From NCBI RefSeq assembly GCF_006345805.1, contig NC_043007.1, forward strand, positions 38,502,001-38,566,000: a DNA stretch of 64,000 nt. Reading direction: 5' to 3'. The translations under genes were made by a program, and so were the position numbers. Positions 1 to 12,355 of the stretch are shown here, piece by piece. The DNA comes from Octopus sinensis (taxonomy: Eukaryota). Each line of letters opens with the position of its first letter. Position 1 is the stretch's first letter. The notes beneath the pieces are model-generated. The model was not told the DNA's origin. It did no database searches and saw nothing but the letters and a program-made list of their open reading frames with translations.

Positions 1-97
1 AAAAAAAAAACCCATCCCACCTAAAAAATAATTGAAAAATCCTACAACATTAAAAGACCAAAAAAAAAACCAAAGAAAAAGTGAAAGAGAAGCTTAC

Positions 98-220
98 CCT
101 TAACTGTGAAATTATTAAGAGGTTCTGTGGCGTCATTCTCAGGTTTCGCCCGAAAACCGAAGAAGGCACCATTTTTCCGTAGAAGGAAATATCGTTTCCT
201 CCAATTTTTAATATGTTCTC
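98..220 (-). CDS. AKT: AKT/PKB kinase, second coding exon (PH domain beta2-beta4), 123 nt, phase 1 to phase 1
   Basis: Translates (G)EHIKNWRKRYFLLRKNGAFFGFRAKPENDATEPLNNFTVK, matching the AKT PH domain (human AKT1 [27 protein letters not shown]...PLNNFSV). Acceptor ttttatttcattgcag ends at 221; donor AAGG|gtaagc starts at 97. Both intron positions correspond to human AKT1. Confidence 0.96.
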
Positions 221-829
221 CTGCAATGAAATAAAACAACAGAATTTTCATTTTAAGAATTCAATATTATTAAAGGCTTAAAACAGTGGTTCTCAAACTG
301 GGGTCCATGGTCCCCTAGGGGACTGCAAAGAGATTTTAGGGGGACCGCAAGGAGACACTGAAGTATTATGAAAACAGGTGGCTTGGGACAGTTAAGTTTT
401 AAAATTTCAAGACTTTCAATTTTTTGCATGCTATCATCCTTTTTTGTCATTGATCTCAAAACCCATGCCACTCCTACACACTCATTTAAAAAGCCAATGG
501 AAAATATGCAGGTATAACGGTTGATAGTGCATATGCTGTCAATATTTTACACTCACATGATTAACTACTCCACTATTGCGATCCACACATTTGCCTGTCT
601 CTTGTTGTTATCCTCACTGTTGCATGTTCCCACATGACCTTGCCAGACACCCACTCTCATCCTGCATGGTGGCTGGGCTTTATAAGGCATAGTTATTTTG
701 CATTGACAACGTGCTCTGACAGAACTGTCTTCTCAGCAGTTATCAATTCACAGAGGTTTATCTACAGACAAAACAACACTCACATGCACTTTGGATTTCT
801 TCCAAAATAGTGAGAGGCAAGCTTTATTG

Positions 830-1165
830 TTAACAGAAGCATTATTGGGACTCAAAAAAAGTTTATGTGGAGAAGTTCCATGTGGCTCAAGAGAATTAAG
901 GAACTCTGTTGGGTAATGGACAGCTTGATTTTCATCAAGGACTGAATCAACTGATTTGTACTGTTGGAAACTTATTCATTAATTCATGGTTAATCTTTGC
1001 TTCTGTCTCACTTTTTGGAGCAAGAATTGCCCTTTCACACAACCATTTATATGAAATATAATTGTTACTTAAGTCTAGAAATACCCTGTTCTTCAATTCA
1101 GCTGGGGAATTCACTGTGATAGCAATATGAGCCAAACTGATATCACCATAATATACATACACTCA
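830..1165 (-). mobile_element. Helitron RepHel (PIF1-like helicase) fragment, degraded
   Basis: WLCERAILAPK...[11 protein letters not shown], then after a frameshift [34 protein letters not shown] and VPIMLL, the usual motif order in Helitron helicases. Confidence 0.85.
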
Positions 1166-2305
1166 GTAACAAATTCCTGTTTTCGAAACCCTCAGCACCA
1201 AAACAACTGCAAGGGAAACATTTAACAAAGTGGACAAATTTTTCGAGGCACATGATATCAACTGGGAGCATGTCATTGGCGTGTGTACTGACGGCGCTGC
1301 AGAGATGCTTGGCTGCTGTTCCAGTTTACACACTTCGGTGAAAGAAAAATCCCCAACTACTATTAGTAAACACTGCATAATTTATCAACAAGCACTAATG
1401 GTGAAAACCATGCCTGATGAGTTAAAAAAATGTTCTGAATTACGTAATTACAGCGGTGAACTTATCAAAGTGAATGCACTCATCTAAAACAAAAAGGCAA
1501 TGATCAAGGCAAGCATGCCTTTGATTAGTTTAATCACAAGTGAGATGGCTTTCAAGAGGAAAAACAATAGAGGGTCTTCCTTCTACAAAAAGGAGTCCAT
1601 GATTTTTTTTACAAGATGCCAAACCAGATTTGTATGCCAAATCCTCTGATGTTTATTTCCTAATCTGCTTGGCATTTTTGCTGGATATATTCAAGTCAGT
1701 GAATGCAGTCAATCTTTCACTGCAAGGGAAAGATATAACCATGTTTCATTCTTGTGAAAAAGTATGAAAAACTAATTACTTTCAAAATGAAGCCTGAACT
1801 TTGGCACCCAAAGTTGGATAGAAAGAACTTTGCATCATTTCTTCAACTTATCATGTTTATTGACGAAAATGAGCTTCAAGTTGATGATAATATCGTTGAA
1901 CTCATGAAACAATACATGTCAATAATTGGCAGAGAAATATTTTCTGTATTTTCCCCGATCATCATGACTTTGACAAATTCTTCCACTTCATCAGGAACCC
2001 CTTTGTACTCTCTGTTAGCGATCTGCCAACAGAAGACAATTTAATTCAAGAATAGGTCACTGGTTTGGTCAATGATGGAGATGCAAAATGCTTTTCCTGT
2101 GAAATGTGCTGTTCTGACTTTTAGATAGAAATGGTACAGTCATATCCTAAAGTACTGATGCCATTTTCAACCACCTATGAGTGTGAGATTGTGTTTTCCA
2201 CTTTCCTTGCCATCAAAACGAAGTCATGAAATCAACTGGATGTCACACCAGAAATGAGGGTTGCCCTCTCCAATACAAAGCTGAACATAGAAGAGCTGGT
2301 TACTT
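1165..2305 (+). pseudogene. Degraded Buster/Charlie-type hAT transposase (ZBED5/FAM200-like family)
   Basis: Motifs VCTDGAAEMLG, HCIIYQQALMVKTMP, VRWLSRGK and the C-terminal dimerisation region LMPFSTTYECEIVFST...EMRVALS, broken by frameshifts and stops. Confidence 0.85.
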
Positions 2306-3849
2306 TGCTGTAAATAAAATGACAGATGGTTTGCTTTTATGAATAAATAATTTCTTATATAATTTTTGTTGTTGTCATGTTATGTACCAGGGATTCAGGA
2401 AAAGGGATGGCAAACTTTCAGGGTAGGAAGAGAAGATGGTGTTTCTACTAAAATTGTGGTTTTCTGTGCATACTAGTGGTCCAATTGACATAACCTTCTG
2501 TACATTTTTGGACGCTATTAAAATTCTTCTGCTGAAAATAGGTAAACTGGTTGAAATGCACCTCTTGAATAATCAATAAGAGGAATGACCAAACAATAGG
2601 GAAGAACAGCATCCTAAACCTGGTGAAAGGGGAAGGTGATGCCAAAAGTTCGAGAACCATAGTCATGTACGTATATATACGTAGTTTCTGGTGTATGGCC
2701 CATGGTTTCTGTCAGCTAAATGGGCAAAAATGGGTCTTATGTAGTTGTTAATACAGGATGCTGGGGATATTTTCGGACTGATTTTATTTCTCATTTGTTT
2801 TGTAACCAATTGATCAACTAATTCCCCATATTTTCATGTGCATTTATTGTATCCCAAAGGGGTATTGCATGGATTAGGTTGTAGTTTTTGGGTCTATGGT
2901 TCATAGTTTGGAAATTATGGTACACAAATGTCTTTTTTCCATGTTAATTAAACTGCATTTTATTGGGGACTGAATCATCAAAAAATATGTAAGGAGAATG
3001 GCATGTAAAATTTTTTTTAAAGTTTGAGAACTGCTGGCTGAAAAAAATCCTAATTGTCCATCTATTTTTAGAAACTATACAAATCATTTAATATCCACTT
3101 TTCCATGTTAGGTCAGACATAATTTGTTGAAGCAGATTTTCTATAGAGGAATGCCCTTCCAATTGCCAACCTTCAATTGTTTCCAAGTAAGCTAATATTT
3201 CCTTAAGACTGGACATGTTTTCCACAGAAACTGAAAATGAACATCACTTGTATGACAGTGATGCTCATTTACAACCATCACATGATATCAAAACAGAGGT
3301 GTACACACACACACACACGGGAGGCTCCTTTCAGTTTGTCTACCAAATCCACTCAAAGAGTTTGGTCAACCTAGGGCTATAACAGAAGATACTGAGCCTA
3401 AGGTGCCATGCATTGAGTCTGAACCCAAGAACACATAATTGGGAAGCAAGCTTTCATACCAGTATAAAATAGACACATGAGCAAAAGTGAAATTATTCAA
3501 AGGATTAAATACTGGAATCAAAGTGTTAGAAATTTTCCTCACAGCAACCCCAACACAACATGAGCCAGTGAGGAAGCTTCTACATAACTGCTTGAACTGC
3601 TAGAAACTGCAGCCCAATCTCCCTTAAATCACAACCTACTATCTTAAAAAGGGAAGGACACATTACAAAATATAATCCTCAGGGCCTCTAAAACAAAAAG
3701 GCAATGATCAAGGCAAGCATGCCTTTGATTAATTTAATCATGGTTGATCTAGAATTAAACTTCAACATCATCCTGAAACACTTTACATTTTCTTTTTATT
3801 ACATTACAGAGATGAATCCCCGAGTGAGCCTCTATACAGTGAAATGGTT

Positions 3850-4625
3850 AGAGCTCACAAGTGGGAAGTTTTGTAAATTTTGAGCAAATCCACTTGTGAG
3901 TGGCACAAAAGGGTATCTCCAGCGGTTTTTTTTATTCTGTGAAAGCTGTACTGGTGTTTATCAAATATGGAGTGGGATTCAAACTGTTGGAGAATGTGGT
4001 TGTTAAGAACTCTCAATAATCTTTGAGATATTGGAAGTGAGAGCATTAGTCAATAACTGGTAGGGTCAGAGGTGTTGCCCTTGTTGGGAATAGGGCAATA
4101 TAGTGTTTCCAGTGATTGAGGCAGGCAGCTGTAGTGAGACACTGAAGAGTTTTGCAAAGATAATGGTTAGTTCTAGGGTACACTGAGGGCAATGAGAAGG
4201 ACATTACCAGGGTTGGTAGCCTCGTTGATTTAAAATGACTGAGGGGCATTCATACTTGGCATGCATGTGTATGTGGTGGTATAACCTGACTGTAAAATGG
4301 GTTAGGTTTAGAGAAGGTTTACTGAGTATCATCATCATCATTGTTTTGAGGTCCACCTTTCTTCCATGGCTGGATGCCATTCCTGTTGCCAAACCTCACA
4401 TGTTTCCAAGTAAGGTAATATTTCCCTCTGGCCAGACATGTTTTCACAGAAGCCTGGAAAAGAATGCTGCATATATGTTGCTGTTGCTTGTTTACAACTA
4501 TCGTGCAATGTCAAGACAAGGAGACAGAAAGATACACATACACACACACAGATTTCAAGGCACTGAGCCTTATGAAGGAGATAACTAAGAACTGAGATAT
4601 CCAGAGCCTTGCTGAACTCAAGAAG
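3850..4625 (-). mobile_element. Degraded CR1/L2-type LINE reverse transcriptase fragment, interrupted by a SINE at about 4222-4590
   Basis: Frameshifted remnants LDIS..., LPQSWK...PNKGNTSDPTSY..., LNNHILQQFESHSIFDKHQYSF. A probable endonuclease remnant lies at about 5200-5870. Confidence 0.6.
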
Positions 4626-7600
4626 ACCTGTCAACTACAGTAGAATTGATATTCTGAAGGAGTTTTTGTCTTGCAAGTTATTTGATGACCCTCTTGATGC
4701 TGGTGTCAGGTAAAAAGTACTAGTGCTGATGCCTCATAAAAAGCATTGTGTCACATTAAAAGCACTAGTGATGGTGCTACGTAAAAAGCACCCATTACAC
4801 TCTTAAAGTAGTTGGCATTAGGATGGGCATCCAACTGGAGAAACCATGCCAAAACGGACAATGGAGCTTGGTGCAACCCCTGACCTTTCCAGCACCCATC
4901 AAATCATTCAATCCATGCCAGCATGGAAAACAGATGTATGATGATGATATATATATAAAGGGCTTCTTTCAGTTTCTGCCTACCAAATCCACTCACAAGG
5001 CTTTAGTCAGCCAAAGCCTATGGTAACACTTACCCAATCTGCCACGCAGTGGCATTGAAGCACATGCTATGTGGTTAGGGAAACAAACTTCAACCACACA
5101 CACAGCTCTGCTACACATATGCAAAACAGGCAGAAAATGTGGAAACATTCCTTGCATGTGTACTGCTTACAGAATCATTATGGTTGAGAAGTGGAGGGAA
5201 GGAGAATTATACAAAGTTTGGTAGAGATCCTTTTGGCAGGGGCTCAAAAAGCTCAGCTGCAGTTTGGAAGACAGGAGAGCTTGCAGGCTGTGCAATATAT
5301 GGAGGTATCTTTCAAACTTTGAATGATAGTCTTGCAAGAGTTGCAATGCTGACTAAAGCTGTCTAGTTTGTAGAAGTGGGTTATTGTCCCTAAGTATTGC
5401 ACGCAGTGTTCTTTGCCTGAACTGCTGCAGTGTTGCTATGAGTAAACAAATTCAGAGATTTGGGACACTGAGTTTGGACTACATGGTGCGGAAGTATAGG
5501 ATGTCAAAGGGGATATTTTCAATCAGTCACCTAGTAGCACAGACACTTAGCATAGAACTGGTAAATTCCAACCAGTCATTAACAAACACAGATTCCAATA
5601 ACATGGGATCTGGGAGGTTGAAGTGGGGATTGCATAGTATGTGGCTATGTGGTGAGTAGCAGTGATAGAACAGTAGTTTGGTAGGGAGTGATGTTAGGCT
5701 CAGACAAGAGAAATAAATTGTTTGTGAGTTAGTCAGGGATACATATATGGGGTGAAACTAATTGATGTAAAGATTTCTGATTGTATATCATTTTGTTTCT
5801 GCATCAATATGATATGATTATGTGAGCCAAGAGTTATAGATGATGACTACAGAGAAGAGTGTAGAAAGTAATAGGGGGTCAGAGAATTATTGACAGCTGG
5901 AGAAGTTCAGAGAATGGTACAGGCAACAGATGTATTTAGAAAGGTAGAAAAGAGAGAGACTAGATGCAGGATAGCTGAAAGTTGTCGCTGCTGATATCCA
6001 GGTGAGAGAGGTGAATGGTGGAGAGGAGAATCTATATATGTACAGACACTGCCTTTTAGAAGTTTGAATATAGCGTATAACTTGAACTGTACAGACATCA
6101 CCATCCTCCTCCTCGTTGTCGTTATCATCATCATCATCATCAGTTAACAGCTATCTTCTATGCTGATAAGTATTGGATAGTTTGGCAGCATCCAGTTAGC
6201 TGGAAGACTATCAAGCTCCGTCTGCTTCGACATGATGGATGCCCTTCCCAATGCCAACCACTTTACAGTGTACTGGGTACTATTTACATGACAACAGCAC
6301 TAGTGAGGTCACTAAGCAGCTCAGATGACAAAGAAAATGACTCTTCAACTGAGTAGAGCTGTAGTAAAGAGAGACGTGGCTTTATGCCAGGTGTTGCAAG
6401 ACTAAAGTGGGACATGGCTATCCCACATTATGTAAGGGTTAGTGGGAGTAGTTGGAAAGACTACACAGATGGTGGCAATGAGGTGTCAAGGTATAGAAAG
6501 GTAAGTATACAAAGGATTAGGAAGCGTGGGTGGATAAGTTCATAAGAGTGTGACAGATGGTTAGACATAGGTGTAGAAGTGAATGTAACGAATGATGAAC
6601 AAGGCTGAAAGTGAAAGAATAGCAGTTGTTGAGGAAGGAGGAGGTGGTTGAGAATAGCAATACAATAAACCTATAGATAGGTTAGGAATTAGAGGCAGAT
6701 GAGGTGAGAGAAAGAGAGATTACATACAGTGACAGAGATGAGTATAAGAGGTATGTAGAGGAGGTTATAGTGAGTGGTAGATAAAGACGAGGAGCAACAA
6801 TAGCAGATATGACAGAGATAAAAATGATAGCAGATATGAGAGGGTGTTAAAGATGAGGTATGTCAGTTCTAAGATGTAGCTCAGAGGTTGGGGAGAGATA
6901 ATTGGTGACATAAAAAGAGGAGGCAGGTTTTAAATAATGGTAAGAAATGAATGTGTGTCTTAGAGAAAAACTGTGAGAACAAGGGTAATGTCTTTTGGGA
7001 AGTGTTTCTTTTGATATGACAGGCATATCTCACACATCAGATTATAGTTTACAAAATGAGAGTTAAGCATTAAGCAACAGTCCTATGAATGGATACTTCT
7101 GAATTGTGGAAAATTTTACTTATCCACCACACCAATAAAATATTCTCAAGTCCAACACTAAAACTTATATGTAATTCTTCTATTTCAAAAGACCAATGAA
7201 ACTACTACTATCACTTACCAAACAACAAGTCAGTTTCAAATTATAGATTATTTGCACTACAATCTGAGTTGTCTAGTTTTGTTTTTCTTGTCTTAGAAGC
7301 CACATAGGTAAGAAAATTATCGACAATGTCCTTACTTCACAGTTCCAGGAGTTGCCACAACCGCAACTATATATAGCATCAATCAGAAGAAGGTAGTTTT
7401 CTTAAGGACCAGGGTCCAGTTTTGGTTTCATGGAGTCAAACAGTCAAGAAATAGTCCTGTTTGGATAGAACACTAATCCTGCATGTGTAATTCTGTAAAT
7501 GACCTGGCACCAATTCTCAATAAGGTTTTATTCTGCAATACATACATTCATCAGTCTGGTTAGAGAGCACTTCGAACTAATTTAGTGTGTTTATACCAAT

Positions 7601-8471
7601 TTGCATACAGCGAGAAATTTTCTCCATCACAAAATACAGTGAACGGCTTTTTTATGGGTCTGAATATGTCCCAAGAATATCTGAACTGGCAACAAGTTTG
7701 TATTTATACTCATCACTGGTTAGCACTTCTATTCTATGTTTTATTTACAGCGAGCTACTGATTAGTGCAACCAATTACAATACAATGGCAGGAATATAAG
7801 GGATAATCCATCTCTTTTAAGTTCATAGTCTTTCTCTATCTGGTGTCTGATGCTGAAGAGGAGATAAGCATTCCAAAATTCATGCATTAATAAGCCTGTT
7901 TAACAGGTGCTTCAAACTGAATTGGTGTGTTTACACCTACTTGAATATAGCAACAAATTTTCTCCATGACAAAATACAGTGAAAAGCTCTCTTATGGCTT
8001 CAAATATGCCTCAAGTATATTTGAACTGGTAACAAGTTTGTGTACAGAATTAAGTACACTGTGCATACATGCATAAAAATGCACTCAGTGGATTTGTTCT
8101 CAAAGTAACTCAAAATATGCAAGCTGGTTCGTTTCATCTCTATATAACCACTACTATTAACAGCCATGAGTAGTGTCCTGTAATGCTTGACTCCCACCAA
8201 CCATGCCCCTATAAGCAACAGGCGATATATAACAAATCAAAAACATAACTGGTAGAGTGTCAGACAAAACTTATGTTATTTGCTTACATCCTTTCATGTT
8301 CTGAATTCAAATCCTTTTTAGGTTAATGCTAACTTTCATTGTTCCATTCTGAGGTTGATAAAAGTAGAGGAGTAGATATAATCAATTATATCTTTGAAGA
8401 CAGTACCCCACCCGGCATGGCCTCAGTAAAACAAGGTAAATAAAAGTAGAGTTAATAAAAGTCATGCTTAC

Positions 8472-8526
8472 CGCGTTTCCATAGATAACCTTCTTTCACC
8501 ACAAGTGCGTGGCAATCAGAACTCAT
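8472..8526 (-). CDS. AKT: AKT first coding exon, MSSDCHALVVKEGYLWKR(G); too short for the ORF track
   Basis: ATG at 8526-8524, then 55 nt ending CGC G|gtaagc (donor at 8471). It joins in frame to exon 98-220, giving VVKEGYLWKRGEHIKNWR. An in-frame TAG lies upstream in the same exon, so this ATG is the start. Confidence 0.95.
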
Positions 8527-8554
8527 GTCAGCCTACAATCTTGCTTTTCTAAAT
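8527..8554 (-). other. AKT: 5' UTR part (28 nt) of the AKT ATG exon; it begins at a splice acceptor, so at least one non-coding exon lies upstream
   Basis: Minus strand tcttattttatttcag|atttagaaaagcaagattgtaggctgacATG; the acceptor AG ends at 8555. Confidence 0.85.
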
Positions 8555-11047
8555 CTGAAATAAAATAAGACAATAGTTTATTAGTGATAATGATGATGAT
8601 GGGTCTTTTAGTTGTTTCAATGATGAGTATTCAGTGGTTTGATTAACTGAACTGTTCACTCATTATTTTTAACATGTAAATGACTGTATATTCCACAGAC
8701 ACAAGTACCTTTAATGTAATCCTTATGTTAAATCAACATGATACAGTTTATGCCAAAGCTAGACACTTCTTTGAAATATAGATACAAACCATCCAGAAGG
8801 CTTTCATTTACACACAAATTCACTTACAAGATTTCAATCAACCCATGGTTCTAGTAAGAAAAAACACCAATCCAAGATGCCAACTCCTTAATTACTCAAC
8901 AAAGCCTACATCCATAGCCATTAATAGTTATGCTAAAAGTAGTAGTAGCATTTTATAAATAAATAATATAGATTTCACACAACAATGTGAAGTTATAGTC
9001 ATAGGTGGTAAGATATATTTGGTTGGTTAAGTCAATGACTGTTACTTGAAGTCCAAGTCAGTTTTGATTGTGAAAACCTATAATCAAAGGTGTTCTTGAT
9101 GTGACCATCTCCCTGATTTTGTATATTTTTGACTAGAGGTTCACTCCCCTGCAGGCAATATATCAGACACAGGTTGTGTTGTTAACCAACTGGAGATGTT
9201 CTGGGGGTTAAAAAAATAGTAGTAATGTCGTACCGTATGGAACAGCCATGTTAAAGTAGCACCAAACATTACCTTTCTAAGATTACATGATCCAATATGT
9301 CCATCCACATTTTTTTTCAGATTTGAGAGAGATATAGTCGCTATTTCTGGAAGGTGGTGTGATCATATAGGATTCCCACATTGGCTCAACCAGCAGATCA
9401 AATAGAGCTGAATATGTTTTTATTCTACTGAACTGCAGGCTTAAACACTTAATGCATGACAATATACCATCATAAATGCACATTAATCTAATGCATACTT
9501 TGGAAACCTATAACATACCACAACAGCACACTCTGTAGAGATGGCATGAACAAGAGGATTATTGAATAGTCTACCAATTTATAGATCCCAAATTCAGATC
9601 TGTTGTAGGTAGTGATATTTTGTGGTCTCAGTATGATATTGAAATATCTATGACTTGGGTATCATTTTATGAAACTGGACTAAATATTGAGAATATCATC
9701 TGTGATAGAGTGGTTACTGAGGTGAACAATTGTTTCAGTTTCATGTAATGTCATACAATCGAAACTAGACACTGCTTCTGGTGAACTCTTAACAATAATG
9801 AACATTATTTTTCTTTGAGGATCTTTGAGAATGTGTTTATCTGCATATAAACATCCAAATTGACAGAATCATCCAACCAATACTCACAAATAGGAATTTG
9901 TAAAAAAAATGCTTTAAGTAAATAGTCCATCTTTCTTCTGAAACAACAACAGTAATTAAGAGATCTCATGACTAAGCACAAATATGTGTGTCGATGGAGC
10001 GGTGGGGGTGAAAGATTTGATAATAAAAAAATAAGAGAATTAAAAAGGACAGAGATAACTGGAGATTAAATGATAGTAAGGACATATCCAACAAGTACAC
10101 AACAGGGAGAAATGAATCAACAAAACTTCAGTTAAAAACAGAAACGTGGTGGGAATGTTGGTAACGGTACTGATAACTGTTGTTATTTCTAACCCCACAT
10201 GAATAAATTGTCCTCTTTATGTACAAGAGAAGTTTGTAATAACATAAAACAAGTAGAGTAAAAAAACAAGGACTAATTACACGTTTAAAAATCTAAGAAA
10301 CCATTATTATATTTATTATTACTATCACCACCAAATTACAATGTGTCAATAAATAGACTACCAACAATACTGTTTTTAGTTTAAAACAATCGCTTTCAAT
10401 CATCAACATTCTTTCTCATATTTTTTTTCCTTTGGTTACCCAAGTACAACACAAACAGTTTTGACTTGACTATAAACCAACAAAGAACCCTTGACATGAT
10501 CACATGACACATTAAAAATAGAAACTAAAACTTCCTTAAATCACAACCAATCATCTTAAAGGGTACACTGAGCATTGAAGGTTCCTTACACACAAGAAGG
10601 CAGAATGAGCTTGGTTGGATCACCTTTGATCAAAAGTTAGCTCAATCAGGACTGCACTGGGATTAGATACAAGTACCTTGTGAGCAAATGAAATATCTCA
10701 AGGTATTACTTTCTAAGTTCAAATCCTACCAAAGTCAGCTTTGTCTTTCATTCTTTTGGGGTGACCTGGAACTAGACAACAGCACATTGTAGGCAGAACT
10801 GTTAGTGCAAAAAGAAAAAAAAGTCTCAAGGCAGCTTAGTTATGGGTCATTACTTTCTGAGTTCAATTCCCACTGAGATAAACTTTGTCTTTCATCCTTT
10901 TAGGGTGGTTAAAATGAAATATCAATCAAGTAATTGGTTCTGTGTAACCAATTAAATCACCTCTACAAATTTCAGGCCTTGTGCCCATGCTAGAAACAAT
11001 TATTTCACATCAATCATTACCTGCATTGCCTTACTAGCACTTGTGCT

Positions 11048-11360
11048 GGTGGCACATGAAAAAAAAAAAAAACATTCGAACGAGGTCGTTGCCACTGCCG
11101 ATGGACTGGCTCCTGTGCAAGTGGCACATAAAAAGCACCATTTGAGTGTTGCCATTGCCAGTACCACCTAAATGGCCCTCGTGCAGGTGGCACGTAAAAG
11201 CACCCACTACACTCTCAGAGTGGTTGGCATTAGGAAGGGCATCCAGCTGTAGAAACTCTGCCAGATCAGATTGGAGTCTGGTGCAGCCATCTGGTTCACC
11301 AGACCTCAGTCAAATCGTCCAACCCATGCTAACATGGAAAGCGGACGTTAAACAATGAAC
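11048..11360 (+). mobile_element. 3' tail fragment of the RTE LINE family (or a SINE sharing that tail)
   Basis: Near-identical to the end of the RTE at 50340-50650 (...aaagcacccactacactc...catggaaagcggacgttaaac). Other copies at about 57968-58198 (+), 61195-61385 (-), 62630-62850 (-) and 40457-40606 (-). Confidence 0.8.
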
Positions 11361-12129
11361 GAATCTCTTCTCCCACTTTCTCCCTGAAAATAAAGTATGT
11401 TCAGTTTCACTGTAAAGATGAAAAGTGAGAGCAAACTGAATAGTTTTGGAGTCCCTTGACAGTGGAAAGAAAGCATAATATAAATCTAAGAAATGATAAA
11501 TTATCATCATCACTGTATGTCCATGTTTCCCGCTGGCATAGTTCCTATAGCTGGATGCTCTTCCTAATGCCAACTGCTGCACAGCATGTACAGGGTGCTT
11601 TTTCATGCCACCAGCTGAGGGGGCAAATTTATGCAAAGAGATGAAGAATAGAGAGAAGCAACATATGAGAGAAAAGGGCCAGAGCTGAACAAGTTTCTTA
11701 TTGTAGAGGCACTACATAACTACTCACACTTTAGAAGAAAGAGTGGGAGTGATTGGGTGCAGCTGGAATGCAATAAAAATAGTGGTAATGAGGTATAAGG
11801 ATGGACTATGAAGGCATAAGGGTAGTAGGAATAATTTAGCAGTGGGGATGTCTAATAGTGTTGAGCAGTAAAATAGGAATGATACAATAACCAGGAGAGA
11901 GAAAGAGAGAAGCATAGTGTATGAAGAGGATGAGATATATGATGGGGAAATGGGAGTTAATTTTGTGGTACAGTGAGTGTGGGTGGAGAGAACAGTATTA
12001 CTGGATGAAGAGTGGGTTAGCAAAGTGAAGTGGCTCTGGTTATTAAGAAAAGTGGAAAAATTACAGTAAGGTAGGTGATAGGTGGTGGATGCCCTGAGGA
12101 AGAAAGTAACTAGATGAAGGGAAAGTCAG

Positions 12130-12355
12130 TTTTGTCAAATTGGGTGGGTCTTCTCAAAAATCAGTCATCCTGCTTCTTTTGTCATTTCTGTGAGGGTCAA
12201 GATCCTGAGATAAGCCTTCACTAACTCATCCCATGTCTCCCTATTCCACAGGTTCCATCCACATTTAGTAATTGGCACTTCTTTATACAGCCATCTTCAT
12301 TCATACACATCACATGTCCATACCAGTAGTCTTTTTTTTCTTGCACACTAGTGGT
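12130..12355 (-). mobile_element. RTE LINE C-terminal remnant
   Basis: Resembles the 50150-50330 part of the plus-strand RTE (VQEKRL..W.GHV.RM). Confidence 0.55.

Larger units (their letters stand above)
284..3036 (+). mobile_element. hAT (Buster/Charlie-type) DNA transposon, non-autonomous, both ends intact
   Basis: TIRs CAGTGGTTCTCAAACT (284) and AGTTTGAGAACTGCTG (ending 3036), 14/16 match. 8-bp TSD GCTTAAAA (276-283) / GCTGAAAA (3037-3044); the left copy has the central TA typical of Buster. Transposase remnants lie inside. Confidence 0.88.
221..8471 (-). other. AKT: AKT intron between coding exons 1 and 2 (8251 nt, GT-AG)
   Basis: gtaagc at 8471, ttgcag at 221; frame is preserved across the join. 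Confidence 0.92.

Noticed and set aside
42-251. 69-aa ORF as a complete AKT-like peptide
   Set aside because: Only 98-220 is exonic; the ORF start and tail are intronic sequence beyond the splice sites.
6300-6960. Purine-skewed tracts (also about 11700-12130, 22800-22980 and 52660-53130) as functional triplex/R-loop elements
   Set aside because: They look like decayed GA-rich repeats or LINE remnants with no mirror symmetry; nothing specific supports function.
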